From Flavobacteriaceae bacterium (GTDB lineage: Bacteria > Bacteroidota > Bacteroidia > Flavobacteriales > Flavobacteriaceae), in contig JABDIV010000056.1 in NCBI GenBank assembly GCA_013003555.1, forward strand, positions 3,384 through 67,383: a DNA stretch of 64,000 nt, given 5' to 3'. Below, one piece after another: positions 19,802-29,582 of this stretch. How positions within the stretch are numbered: position 1 is the first letter of the stretch; the number at the start of each line of letters is the position of its first letter. A program made the position numbers and the translations under genes. The notes beneath the pieces were generated by a model that was not told the origin of the DNA, made no database searches, and saw only the letters and a list, made by a program, of their open reading frames with translations.

Positions 19802-20979
19802 AGATTAAAATAATTGATATAGGTTTCAAGGTCTTTGTCGCCGCGGCCCGATAAATTTACCACCACGATATCCTCAGGATCAAAAGTCCGTCCTTTAAAA
19901 ATGGCAAGCGAATGTGAAGTTTCTATCGCAGGAATTATACCTTCCAGCTGACAAAGTTCAAGTCCGGCTTTCATGGCATCATCATCGGTAATGGAAATAA
20001 ATTCGGCCCGTTTTGTAGCATAGAGATTCGCATGCATCGGACCAACTCCGGGATAGTCAAGACCGGCGGAAATTGAATAAGGTTCGGTAATCTGGCCATC
20101 GTCAGTCTGCATCAATAAAGTTTTGCTTCCATGAATTATTCCCATTTTACCCAATACAGATGTCGCAGCGCTTTCGCCGGAGTAAATACCTTTCCCGGCT
20201 GCCTCAACGGCGATAAGTTTTACGCTTTCATCATCTAAATAATGATAAAAGGCCCCGGCTGCATTACTGCCTCCTCCAACGCATGCTACCAGGTAATCGG
20301 GTTTTGAAACCCCTTCCTTTTCATGGAGTTGGTTCATGATTTCCTCTGAAACAACAGCCTGGAAACGTGCGACCATATCGGGATAAGGATGCGGACCGAC
20401 AACGCTTCCGATAATGTAATGGGTGTTTTCCGGATTGTTTATCCAGTCGCGAATGGCCTCGTTGGTAGCATCTTTCAGGGTTTTACTTCCTGATATTGCA
20501 GGAACAACAGTCGCACCCAGCATTTTCATCCGGGCAACATTCGGGGCTTGCCTTGCAATGTCAACCTCACCCATGTATACGACACATTCTATACCCATAA
20601 GTGCACAAACGGTTGCTGTGGCAACACCATGCTGACCGGCACCGGTTTCGGCAATGATCCTGGTTTTACCAAGGCGCTTTGCCATCAGAATCTGGCCAAC
20701 GGTGTTATTTACCTTATGGGCTCCAGTATGGTTCAGGTCTTCCCGTTTTAGGTATATTTTCGTTTTGTATTTTTCAGACAGTCGTTTAGCGAAATATAAT
20801 GGGGAGGGACGACCCACATAGTCTTTTAGTAACTGATTAAATTCCTCCTTGAAGGCGGGATCTGCCATTATTTCAAGATAATTCCGACGTAATTCCTCAA
20901 CATTGGGATATAACATCTCGGGTATATAAGCCCCACCAAATTCACCATAATATCCTTTCGGATCGACATGATAGCTCAT
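19798..20979 (-). CDS. trpB: Tryptophan synthase beta chain
   Basis: PLP-lysine motif HTGAHKVNN and the GGGSNA loop. Confidence 0.97.
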   Translation of the reverse strand: MSYHVDPKGYYGEFGGAYIPEMLYPNVEELRRNYLEIMADPAFKEEFNQLLKDYVGRPSPLYFAKRLSEKYKTKIYLKREDLNHTGAHKVNNTVGQILMAKRLGKTRIIAETGAGQHGVATATVCALMGIECVVYMGEVDIARQAPNVARMKMLGATVVPAISGSKTLKDATNEAIRDWINNPENTHYIIGSVVGPHPYPDMVARFQAVVSEEIMNQLHEKEGVSKPDYLVACVGGGSNAAGAFYHYLDDESVKLIAVEAAGKGIYSGESAATSVLGKMGIIHGSKTLLMQTDDGQITEPYSISAGLDYPGVGPMHANLYATKRAEFISITDDDAMKAGLELCQLEGIIPAIETSHSLAIFKGRTFDPEDIVVVNLSGRGDKDLETYINYFNL

Positions 20980-21614
20980 AACTTCGTTTTAAAATCAATT
21001 AATTTGTTTTTGTTTTTCAAGCCTGGTTCATCCTCAAATTTGCTATTCACATCAATAGCGTGGCAAAATTTTGAAACTTTAGCTTGCTTGAATTCATGGA
21101 GTGCGTCCAAAGCTTCTAAGCCGATTCCACCGCTTAGAAAAAATGGTTTGTCACCCTTGTAATCTGCCAATAGGTTCCAGTCGAATGCGATTCCATTTCC
21201 TCCGGGTAGTTCCCCTTTGGTATCGAAAAGATAAAAGTCGCAACAACTGGTGTAATGTCCTATTCTTTTAAAATCAAAGGTCTCATCGACTGAAAATGCC
21301 TTAATCACTGATATATGTTTTGATAGCGTCAATTTTTGCAATTCATGCTTCAATTTTTCACAGTAATCGGGCGATTCATCCCCATGTAATTGTATGGCGT
21401 CAAGATGGAAACGTTTGCAAAGTTCTGTTACTTCAGATATTGTTTCATTAACAAAAACGCCAACTTTTTTTATTGATTGTCCGATCTCAGGAATATCAGC
21501 AGTCATATTTCGGGATGAGCCTTTATAAAAAATAAATCCCATATAGTCGGGCTCCAGGGATGCAATGTCCCTGATATTATCAGCGTATTTCATGCCACAA
21601 ACCTTAAGTTTCAT
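20976..21614 (-). CDS. trpF: Phosphoribosylanthranilate isomerase
   Basis: [10 protein letters not shown] start (ATG at 21614 preferred over 21659), with LSGGI near the C-terminus. Confidence 0.9.
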   Translation of the reverse strand: MKLKVCGMKYADNIRDIASLEPDYMGFIFYKGSSRNMTADIPEIGQSIKKVGVFVNETISEVTELCKRFHLDAIQLHGDESPDYCEKLKHELQKLTLSKHISVIKAFSVDETFDFKRIGHYTSCCDFYLFDTKGELPGGNGIAFDWNLLADYKGDKPFFLSGGIGLEALDALHEFKQAKVSKFCHAIDVNSKFEDEPGLKNKNKLIDFKTKL

Positions 21615-22395
21615 CTTTAATGGCTTTAATAAATTTTTCGGCAGTTTTTCCTGGATCATCGGTTTTCATAAATGTCTCTCCTATGAGAAAGCCTTTATAG
21701 CCAAAGTTGCGCAAATCATTTATGGCGTCGATTGAACTTATTCCGCTTTCCGATACTTTCACCATATTTTGGGGTATGCGCTTACTCAAGGCTCTGCTTA
21801 TTTCGAGGTTTACATCAAAGGTTTTCAGGTTCCGGTTGTTTACGCCTAGCAAATCAATTTTACAATCTATAATATTGTCTAATTCCATCTCATCATGAAC
21901 TTCTGCGAGTACTTCCATGTTGAGTGAATCGGCGAGATTCGCCAGGGTTTGAAATTCGTTTTTATCGAGGATAGCCGAGATCAATAAAATCACATCGGCC
22001 CCATGGGCTTTAGCTTCAATAACCTGGTAAGGGTCGATGATAAAATCTTTACGTAAAAGCGGTAAATTACAACTAGCACGTGCCAATATCAGGTCGTCTA
22101 ACGATCCTCCGAAGAATATGCCGTCGGTCAATACCGACATGCCACACGCCCCGGCTATTTCATAACCTAGAGCGACATCTTGAATCCTGGCTGTTTGATT
22201 GATCACCGACTTTGAAGGTGAACGTCGTTTATGTTCGGCAATAATACCTGACGAACTATTTTGAAGTGCCTTTGATAAGGATCTAGTCGGTTGATTAAAA
22301 AGATATGATCGTTCAAGCTGTCCGACAGAAATAACCGATTTTTTAAGGCTAATTTCCTTCTTCTTCTGGATTACTATGGTTTCGAGAATATTCAT
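21604..22395 (-). CDS. trpC: Indole-3-glycerol-phosphate synthase
   Basis: IIAEHKRRSPSK, LRKDFIIDPYQ and VGVNNRNL motifs. Confidence 0.95.
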   Translation of the reverse strand: MNILETIVIQKKKEISLKKSVISVGQLERSYLFNQPTRSLSKALQNSSSGIIAEHKRRSPSKSVINQTARIQDVALGYEIAGACGMSVLTDGIFFGGSLDDLILARASCNLPLLRKDFIIDPYQVIEAKAHGADVILLISAILDKNEFQTLANLADSLNMEVLAEVHDEMELDNIIDCKIDLLGVNNRNLKTFDVNLEISRALSKRIPQNMVKVSESGISSIDAINDLRNFGYKGFLIGETFMKTDDPGKTAEKFIKAIKDET

Positions 22396-23384
22396 CGGCT
22401 CAACTCGATTAATCTGTTCAGTGCCTGATGTGCTTTCCCGGATAACAGGGATTCCTTTGCCAATTCAAATCCATTCAAATGATCGATTTGATGGGCTGTG
22501 GCAATAGCCAGTCCTGCATTTGCGCACACCACATTATTCTGTGCTTTGGTTCCTTTTCCGGAGATGACTTCCAAAAATATTTTTGCGGACTCCTCCACGG
22601 TTCCGCCACCAAAAATATCCGATGCCATTATCTTTTCGACCTTCAGATCTGCGGGTGAAAAAATCTCTTCGGTTTTATTGGAAATGACCTTGGTATCACC
22701 CGTAAGAGAAATTTCGTCATACCCGTCAAGGGCATGAACGATTGCATAATTCTTATTGGTTTCCTGGTATAAATACCCATACATGCGTAAGAGTTCAAGA
22801 TTGAAGACACCAACCATTTGATTGTTCGGGAAGGAGGGATTCACCATAGGGCCAAGCATATTAAAAAAGGTTTTAACTCCAAGTTCACGTCGTATTGGCG
22901 CGACATTTTTCATCGCCGGGTGAAAAAGAGGTGCGTGTAAAACACAGATTCCTGCTTTATCGATACATCTCTTCAGGAAATCTTCATCATTCTTGAATGT
23001 AATACCGAGATACTCCATCACATTCGACGAGCCGCAGGCTGAAGAAACACCATAATTCCCATGCTTAGCAACCTTAACGCCGGCACCGGCAGTTATAAAA
23101 GAAGATAAGGTTGAGATATTAAATGTGTCTTTTCCATCACCTCCGGTTCCGCATAAATCGATAGCATCGAACTCCGACAGGTCAATAGGAATACATAATT
23201 CCAACAACGCTTCCCTAAAGCCCTTTAATTCCGCGATAGTAATACTTCGCATCATATAAACGGTGAGGAACGAAGCAATTTGACTTTGGTTGAACTCACC
23301 ATTGGAAATTCTCACCAATACCGCCTTGGCCTCCGAAGCTGTTATGCTTTCATAATTTATTAGTCGATTGAGAAGATTTTTCAT
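22392..23384 (-). CDS. trpD: Anthranilate phosphoribosyltransferase
   Basis: DLCGTGGDG and KHGN motifs. Confidence 0.95.
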   Translation of the reverse strand: MKNLLNRLINYESITASEAKAVLVRISNGEFNQSQIASFLTVYMMRSITIAELKGFREALLELCIPIDLSEFDAIDLCGTGGDGKDTFNISTLSSFITAGAGVKVAKHGNYGVSSACGSSNVMEYLGITFKNDEDFLKRCIDKAGICVLHAPLFHPAMKNVAPIRRELGVKTFFNMLGPMVNPSFPNNQMVGVFNLELLRMYGYLYQETNKNYAIVHALDGYDEISLTGDTKVISNKTEEIFSPADLKVEKIMASDIFGGGTVEESAKIFLEVISGKGTKAQNNVVCANAGLAIATAHQIDHLNGFELAKESLLSGKAHQALNRLIELSR

Positions 23385-23386
23385 AA

Positions 23387-23953
23387 TTATGAATTAATCC
23401 AGTTTTTTAGGATTTGCTTGCCGTCAGGAGTTAAAACCGATTCAGGATGAAACTGGACTCCTTTAACATCAAAAGACCTGTGTCTCAGAGACATCACTTC
23501 ACCCGATTCATCAACAGATGTCGCCTCAATTTCCGGAGGAAGATCGGGGTCCACAACCCATGAATGGTAACGTCCGACCTCGATCTCGCGAGCAAGTTCA
23601 TCAAATAAGGATTCGTCGTCAACTGTTATTTTCACTTTTGTAGCGACGCCGTGATACACCTTATCAAGGTTTATCAGACGCCCTCCATAAACCTCGGCTA
23701 TAGCTTGCTGCCCGAGGCAAACTCCCAGAATACTTTTTGTAGCTCCATATTCTGAAATGATGAGCTTAAGCATACCAGCTTCGTCGGGTATTCCAGGCCC
23801 TGGAGAAAGCACTATTTTATCGTATGATGCCACCTCTGGCAATACCAGCTTATCGTTTCTGATAACCGTCACGTCACATTCCAAATCTTCGAGATAATGA
23901 ACCAGGTTATAGGTAAAGCTGTCGTAATTGTCAATAACCAATATCTTTTTCAT
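23387..23953 (-). CDS. trpG: Anthranilate synthase component II (glutamine amidotransferase)
   Basis: Class I GATase catalytic GVCLGQQAI, with FHPES near the C-terminus. Confidence 0.93.
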   Translation of the reverse strand: MKKILVIDNYDSFTYNLVHYLEDLECDVTVIRNDKLVLPEVASYDKIVLSPGPGIPDEAGMLKLIISEYGATKSILGVCLGQQAIAEVYGGRLINLDKVYHGVATKVKITVDDESLFDELAREIEVGRYHSWVVDPDLPPEIEATSVDESGEVMSLRHRSFDVKGVQFHPESVLTPDGKQILKNWINS

Positions 23954-23955
23954 AA

Positions 23956-25356
23956 CTATAGGTTTTCAGCCATTTGAATGGCGCTGGTTAGTGCACCCAA
24001 TTTATTGTATACTTCTTGCAATTCATGATCGGAACGCGATTTCGAAACCAAGCCCGCCCCGGCTTGCCAGTGTAATCTATGATTCATACTGAGGAAGGTC
24101 CGAATCATTATAGCATGATTAAAATTTCCATTGAAATCCATGAATCCCAGTGCGCCCCCATAAAATCCTCGACTTGTTTTTTCATATTGTTCGATCAGTT
24201 GCATGGCCCTGTGCTTTGGAGCACCACTTAGGGTTCCGGCAGGGAATGTGTCTGCAACAACCTGTATGGTTGATGTTCCCGGATCTTTTTTTCCAACGAC
24301 TTTACTAACGAGATGAATGACATGCGAAAAAAATTGAACTTCACGGTAGGTTTCGACCTTTACATCATGACCGTGACGACTCAGATCATTCCTTGCAAGA
24401 TCGACCAGCATGACATGCTCGCTGTTTTCTTTGTCATCATCAACAAGTTTTTTGGCGAGATCAGCATCTTTTAAATCATTTCCGGTTCTTTTAAAGGTTC
24501 CGGCGATGGGATGGATTTCCGATTGGCCGTCCTGAACGATCAATTGGGCCTCAGGCGAACTGCCGAAGATCTTAAAATCACCGTAATCAAAATAAAACAG
24601 GTAAGGTGAAGGATTTATACTGCGTAAGGCTCTATATACATTAAACTCATCTCCTTTAAAACTCTGTTCAAATTTTTTGGAAAGAACCAGTTGAAATACA
24701 TCACCGCGAGCGCAATGCTTCTTGGCCAATTCAACGTGTTCTTTATATTCATCATCCGAAAGGTTTGAGACAATATCACCCTGAGCAGAGAATGGATAAG
24801 CCGCAAAATTCCTGGACTTGATCAATTGGTCGATCTCATCGACATTGCTTTCAGAATCATAACAATGGGCGAAAATATATGCTTCATTCTTAAAGTGGTT
24901 GATCACAATGATATTCTGATAAACAGCATAGTAAACATCGGGGATATCTATTTTTCCCGGTTTCGATTCGATACGGATGTCTTCATAATAACGAACCGCG
25001 TCGTAGGCCATATACCCGAAAATCCCATTATTGATAAACTTAAAACGGTTATCTGTCTCAACCTTAAAACGTTTTGTAAATCGATGGATCTCTTCGATAA
25101 CGCTTTTTGAATCGGCTGCTGATGATTTTGAACTTCCGTCCGGAAAGCTTTGTGAAATCAGACCGTTTTTAACGCTGATGGTAGCAATCGGGTTACAACA
25201 TATGTATGAAAAACTATTATCACTGGTGTGATAATCGCTACTTTCCAGAAGTATACTGTTCGGGAATTTATCCCTTAGTTTTAGATATATGCTTACAGGG
25301 GTTATCGTATCAGCAAGGATCTTTTTAGAATGCGTATATAAACTAAAGCTTTTCAT
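23956..25356 (-). CDS. trpE: Anthranilate synthase component I
   Basis: Chorismate-binding family (LLESSD..., GTLSGAPK, GGALGF). First gene of trpEGDCFBA. Confidence 0.95.
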   Translation of the reverse strand: MKSFSLYTHSKKILADTITPVSIYLKLRDKFPNSILLESSDYHTSDNSFSYICCNPIATISVKNGLISQSFPDGSSKSSAADSKSVIEEIHRFTKRFKVETDNRFKFINNGIFGYMAYDAVRYYEDIRIESKPGKIDIPDVYYAVYQNIIVINHFKNEAYIFAHCYDSESNVDEIDQLIKSRNFAAYPFSAQGDIVSNLSDDEYKEHVELAKKHCARGDVFQLVLSKKFEQSFKGDEFNVYRALRSINPSPYLFYFDYGDFKIFGSSPEAQLIVQDGQSEIHPIAGTFKRTGNDLKDADLAKKLVDDDKENSEHVMLVDLARNDLSRHGHDVKVETYREVQFFSHVIHLVSKVVGKKDPGTSTIQVVADTFPAGTLSGAPKHRAMQLIEQYEKTSRGFYGGALGFMDFNGNFNHAIMIRTFLSMNHRLHWQAGAGLVSKSRSDHELQEVYNKLGALTSAIQMAENL

Positions 25357-25363
25357 AGGTATT

Positions 25364-25393
25364 AAAAAAGGCTTGTCGTGAATGACAAGCCTT
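25364..25393 (-). terminator. trp attenuator: intrinsic terminator hairpin 7 nt upstream of the trpE ATG
   Basis: Minus strand reads AAGGCTTGTC-attcac-GACAAGCCTT followed by TTTT, giving a perfect 10-bp stem and a U6 tract. Then AATACCT and ATG. Confidence 0.75.
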
Positions 25394-25424
25394 GGATATT
25401 ATTTTGATCATAATAATGAGCTAT

Positions 25425-25481
25425 TCACGAAACGTTGTCTCGGGAAGTCCACCACCATGTATTTAGTTCAATTGTTTTCAT
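25425..25481 (-). CDS. trp operon leader peptide (18 aa: MKTIELNTWWWTSRDNVS)
   Basis: Translated by hand and absent from the ORF track (under 60 aa). ATG at 25481, TGA at 25425-25427, and three consecutive TGG codons at 25449-25457. Confidence 0.75.
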   Translation of the reverse strand: MKTIELNTWWWTSRDNVS

Positions 25482-25491
25482 TTGATTGCTT

Positions 25492-25499
25492 CAAAGATA
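25492..25499 (-). promoter_or_regulatory. Candidate -7 box (TATCTTTG) for the trp leader transcript
   Basis: Exact TAnnTTTG match 10 nt upstream of the leader ATG. This implies a very short 5' UTR, so it is tentative. Confidence 0.3.
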
Positions 25500-25618
25500 T
25501 GTAGGAATTACTTTTTTACAAATTAAATTGAAAAAAAATGGTTTAAATCTGCGAACCGATCGAATTTATCTGCCAACGGATACTGGTAATTCTGCCAATT
25601 GCAATATTTAGTAACTTT

Positions 25619-27370
25619 ATGGCCAATTGTCCTATGATAAGAGAAGGAATTATACTGTTTATCTGTTTGATCGGGTTCGGTTTGGTATCTAATGCTCAGG
25701 ATTGCCCTGATCTGACCAGTCCGATAGACGGTGCAACTAATGTAGCGGTTGACGCTACAATAAACTGGACGACGGTAGAAGGGGTTACCGGTTATATTAT
25801 TTCGATTGGTACGACTCCGGGTGCTAGTGATATTGTTAATGAACAGCCCACGGGAAGCAGTGCGAGTTATACTCCGGAGTTAGGATTACCCGATAATACT
25901 CTGGTTTATGTTACCATTACCTTATTCTATTTTAACCTCCCTGATATTGTCTGTTTAAGCCAGTCATTTACCACAGAGAATGTGACTCAACCGCCGGTAT
26001 GTACGAATATTTCGGGGCCATCAGATGGTGACGTTAATGTGAATGTCGCTTCCAATATCAATTGGAGTTATGCAACGGGTGCGACGGGTTATATCCTTCG
26101 AGTTGGAACAGTCGCCGGTGGAAATGATCTGATAAATGATCTTGATGTGGGAAACGTGTTATTCTATAATTTACCGGCTGATCTTCCGGCAGAAACCGAG
26201 ATTTATGTTGAGGTAATTCCATATAATGAAAACGGTGATCCGGGAACTTGTTTTGAAGAAAGTTTTGTAACAGGAACGATTGCCGCGTTACCCGAATGCA
26301 CTACTATAATAGATCCTGTCGACGGGGCAATTAATATTCCACTATCACCCTTGATTGAATGGGAAGCCGTGCCGGGCGCTGTCGGTTATCGTGTTTATAT
26401 CGGTACCACACCGTTTGAAAATGATATTCTTGATGGCGGAATTTTTGATACAAATTCAACCTTCGTTATAAATTTTGAACCAAACAGTGTTTATTTTATC
26501 AGGGTGATACCGTTTAACGCCGCAGGGGATGCCATCGGTTGCTCCCAAAGTTCGTTTTCAACCATTTTAGGATGCGGTCCGTTTTTAAATCCGAATACAG
26601 GAGAACTGGAAACCTTGTACCCGATTTTGGATTTTCCCGTTCAGGTCGGAATTTGTCTGAACGAGAGTCCGACTGTTATAACAGCGACGGATGCGGCTGA
26701 TGGTTATAGATGGTACGCTTTTAATGATCAGGACGAACTCATTTTAATATCCAGTGAAGCTGAAGTGACTATTGAAAATGTCGGAACCTATCGCTATGAA
26801 GCCTATGTGATCAGTAACCAGGAAGGGATAGAGGTTGAATGCGCCGATTTCCGGGACTTTACGGTGGTTTCTTCGGAAATCGCAACAATTAACGGTGTGA
26901 ATATTACCGAATCGACCCTCAGCTTTGATGTTGAGGTTCTTGTATCTGGTATAGGAGATTATGAATTTAGTATTGATTCGGCAGATGGTCCTTACCAGAT
27001 AAATAATGTATTTAACGATATTCCCGAGGAAGCAACGACGATATATGTACGGGACCGTAATGGATGTGGAATAGTGACATTCAATCTTGAAAATCTGATT
27101 GTTAAAAAAGGATTCCCGCGTTTTTTTACGCCGAATAACGATGGTGTCAATGACCGTTGGCAGTTCGTACCAAGTGATGACGACACCTTTCAACTATCGA
27201 TTATCTATATCTTTGATCGTTATGGCAAATTGATCAAATCATTAAATCCGTTATCACCGGGCTGGGCAGGTGATTTTAATGGTTTGAAATTACCGAATTC
27301 TGACTTTTGGTATAGGGCCCTTACAACTGACGGAAAAACCGTTTCAGGTCATTTCACATTAAAGCGATAA
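25619..27370 (+). CDS. Secreted protein with 3 Fn3-like repeats and a T9SS type-B sorting domain
   Basis: Signal peptide, then three ~95-aa repeats (CPDLTSPIDGATNV..INW..V.GVTGY.I.IGT). C-terminal FPRFFTPNNDGVNDRW ... IFDRYGKLI ... GWAGDFNG..LP..DFWY matches the gliding-motility C-terminal domain. Confidence 0.85.
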   Translation: MANCPMIREGIILFICLIGFGLVSNAQDCPDLTSPIDGATNVAVDATINWTTVEGVTGYIISIGTTPGASDIVNEQPTGSSASYTPELGLPDNTLVYVTITLFYFNLPDIVCLSQSFTTENVTQPPVCTNISGPSDGDVNVNVASNINWSYATGATGYILRVGTVAGGNDLINDLDVGNVLFYNLPADLPAETEIYVEVIPYNENGDPGTCFEESFVTGTIAALPECTTIIDPVDGAINIPLSPLIEWEAVPGAVGYRVYIGTTPFENDILDGGIFDTNSTFVINFEPNSVYFIRVIPFNAAGDAIGCSQSSFSTILGCGPFLNPNTGELETLYPILDFPVQVGICLNESPTVITATDAADGYRWYAFNDQDELILISSEAEVTIENVGTYRYEAYVISNQEGIEVECADFRDFTVVSSEIATINGVNITESTLSFDVEVLVSGIGDYEFSIDSADGPYQINNVFNDIPEEATTIYVRDRNGCGIVTFNLENLIVKKGFPRFFTPNNDGVNDRWQFVPSDDDTFQLSIIYIFDRYGKLIKSLNPLSPGWAGDFNGLKLPNSDFWYRALTTDGKTVSGHFTLKR

Positions 27371-27374
27371 AAAA

Positions 27375-27398
27375 ACTTCCGCCGGAGCGGAAGTTTTG
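27375..27398 (+). terminator. Intrinsic terminator after the 583-aa T9SS cargo gene
   Basis: ACTTCCGC-cgga-GCGGAAGT followed by TTTT. Confidence 0.75.
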
Positions 27399-27447
27399 CT
27401 AATTACGTGCTATTAACCAAAATTTGTAATTAGGGATAAAATTGCTA

Positions 27448-27900
27448 TTAATGTCTTATTTTTTCTAAAAGTGTATTTAGAATGTTCATTTCATTTAAAC
27501 TGAGTTTTTCAGTTGTTTTGTTCTCAAGGCGATCTACCAGGGGATCGATTTTATAAAGAAGTTTAAGACCCTCCTTAGTGATACCGATCTTCAATTTCCG
27601 TCTGTTCTCACTATCGATCTTACGGGAAACGTAATTCTTATTAACCAACTTATCAATGAGTCTTGTGGTGTTGCTATTCTTATTGATCATGCGCTCTTGA
27701 ATTCTTGAGAGCGGAACTGCCTGGCCTCTTTGCCCTCTCAGGATCCGAAGAACATTATACTGCTGACTTGTAAGATCGTAAGGCTTTAATAACGAATTTA
27801 TCCGCTTCAACACATAATCACCCGTATACATCATATGCACAACAGTTTTCTTGGATGGCGCCATGGGTGAACCGATCTTTAAGACTTCTTCAATAGTCAT
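27448..27900 (-). CDS. MarR-family transcriptional regulator
   Basis: Winged-HTH pattern (LTSQQYNVLRILRG ... PLSRIQERMI.K.SNTTRLIDKLV.K.YV.R). ATG at 27900 (MTIEEV...) preferred. Confidence 0.8.
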   Translation of the reverse strand: MTIEEVLKIGSPMAPSKKTVVHMMYTGDYVLKRINSLLKPYDLTSQQYNVLRILRGQRGQAVPLSRIQERMINKNSNTTRLIDKLVNKNYVSRKIDSENRRKLKIGITKEGLKLLYKIDPLVDRLENKTTEKLSLNEMNILNTLLEKIRH

Positions 27901-27913
27901 TTGTTTATACAAC

Positions 27914-27929
27914 ACTTGTATATACAAGT
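27914..27929. promoter_or_regulatory. Perfect 16-bp palindrome ACTTGTATATACAAGT, candidate MarR operator
   Basis: Read directly. It lies 14 nt upstream of the marR ATG, in the divergent marR/tlpA-like intergenic region. Confidence 0.5.
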
Positions 27930-28038
27930 TTATTGAATTTAATTGAAATTACCTAGTGATTTCCGGTGTTTTTAAACCAGGGATTAAAGTTCTGTTAAAT
28001 AAAAAAAATGACGAGTTTTGATTTATTAAATTTATCCT

Positions 28039-28542
28039 ATGAAATTTCATAAATTTATTTTGGTATTACTGCTGCTGACAATCTCTTGCAAGGATACCAA
28101 TGAACAAGCCATGATCAGCGATGAGTTGGAAGTATATGACTTCGATGGTCTGGCACCACTTTTGAATATGTCTGATGACAAAACATATGTGGTTAATTTC
28201 TGGGCTACCTGGTGTGCGCCATGTATTAAGGAATTGCCTTATTTTGAACAACTCAATAGGGACTATACTGGAAAAAATGTTGAAGTGATATTAGTGAGCC
28301 TGGATTTTCCGAGGATGTATGATAAAAAATTAAAACCGTATATTAAGGATAATGATTTAAAGTCACGCATTGTCGCCTTGAATGATCCCGATATGAATAC
28401 GTGGATCCCAAAGGTCAACGCCGACTGGACAGGTGCCATTCCGGCGACCATTATTTATAATAAAAACCGGCGCGAATTCTATGAGCGCTCATTTAACTAT
28501 GATGAATTAGTAACAGAATTAAGAAAATTTATTGAAAATTAA
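28039..28542 (+). CDS. TlpA-like thiol-disulfide oxidoreductase lipoprotein
   Basis: Lipobox LTISC and the thioredoxin CxxC motif WATWCAPC. Confidence 0.8.
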   Translation: MKFHKFILVLLLLTISCKDTNEQAMISDELEVYDFDGLAPLLNMSDDKTYVVNFWATWCAPCIKELPYFEQLNRDYTGKNVEVILVSLDFPRMYDKKLKPYIKDNDLKSRIVALNDPDMNTWIPKVNADWTGAIPATIIYNKNRREFYERSFNYDELVTELRKFIEN

Positions 28543-28548
28543 ACTGAT

Positions 28549-29163
28549 ATGAAAACAATTAAAAATCTCATTTTACTTACTGTCGTAGTGTTTATGACTT
28601 CGGCTTTTACGACCTTAACCGATGATCCGGGCTATGATATTGGTGATATAGCGACCGATTTCAAATTAAAAAATATCGATGGTAAAATGGTTTCTTTATC
28701 CGACTTCAAAGATGCCAACGGCTTTATTGTAATTTTTACTTGTAATACGTGTCCGTATGCCGTTAAATATGAAGATCGAATAATTGATCTCGATAAAAAA
28801 TACGCAAAACAGGGGTATCCTGTAATCGCAATTATGCCAAACAACACCGATGTTAAACCGGGTGATAGTTTTGATAATATGCGAAAACGCGCTACGGCTA
28901 AAGGATTTACCTTTCCCTATTTAATCGATGAAAAACAGGAGATCTATCCACAATATGGCGCTACAAAAACACCGCATGTTTATATTCTGGAGAAAACAAA
29001 AGAAGGCAATGTTGTGCGCTATATCGGTGCCATTGATGATAATTACCAGGACGCAGAAGCCGTTAATACACGCTATGTTGAAGATGCCGTTGATGCCTTG
29101 ATGAAAGGGAAGGAGATAAAAGAAACCAAAACACGGGCAATAGGCTGCACGATTAAGGTTTAA
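28549..29163 (+). CDS. Secreted thioredoxin-fold (redoxin/AhpC-TSA-like) protein
   Basis: Signal peptide and the FTCNTCPYA CxxC motif in a redoxin-like context. Confidence 0.7.
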   Translation: MKTIKNLILLTVVVFMTSAFTTLTDDPGYDIGDIATDFKLKNIDGKMVSLSDFKDANGFIVIFTCNTCPYAVKYEDRIIDLDKKYAKQGYPVIAIMPNNTDVKPGDSFDNMRKRATAKGFTFPYLIDEKQEIYPQYGATKTPHVYILEKTKEGNVVRYIGAIDDNYQDAEAVNTRYVEDAVDALMKGKEIKETKTRAIGCTIKV

Positions 29164-29173
29164 TTTAAATATC

Positions 29174-29208
29174 AAACCCAAAGGCTGTAACACTTTGGGT
29201 TTTTTTTC
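29174..29208 (+). terminator. Intrinsic terminator after the redoxin pair
   Basis: AAACCCAAAG-gctgtaaca-CTTTGGGTTT followed by a T-run. Confidence 0.8.
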
Positions 29209-29255
29209 GTCTATAAAGTAATTGCTAAGGAAATGTTAATCTCAATTCGCATGGA

Positions 29256-29582
29256 ATGGCAGATCTGACCCAGCATGAATGGAGACGGCAAATGGAACAT
29301 GATGACCATGCTGTAATCCTCGATGTTCGTACAAGTCGAGAGCTCGAAATAGGGATTATACCGGGCGCCATTCATTTGGATATCTATCAGGCAGGCAAAT
29401 TCATGGCAGATATTCAAGCGTTAGATCGTGAAAAATCCTATTATGTCTATTGCAAAGTAGGAGTGAGAAGCGGACAAGCATGCAATATAATGCAACAATT
29501 GGGGTTTAGATATACATATAATCTCATAGGCGGAATGGACAACTGGAACGGGGAAGTGACGTCTTATAACAACCAAATTTAA
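29256..29582 (+). CDS. Single-domain rhodanese (cytoplasmic)
   Basis: Active-site loop CKVGVRS. 108 aa with no signal peptide. Confidence 0.8.
   Translation: MADLTQHEWRRQMEHDDHAVILDVRTSRELEIGIIPGAIHLDIYQAGKFMADIQALDREKSYYVYCKVGVRSGQACNIMQQLGFRYTYNLIGGMDNWNGEVTSYNNQI

Noticed and set aside
26744-27193. 149-aa minus-strand ORF inside the 583-aa T9SS cargo gene
   Set aside because: It is antisense to an ORF with a clear signal peptide, internal repeats and CTD motifs. Its own translation has no features.
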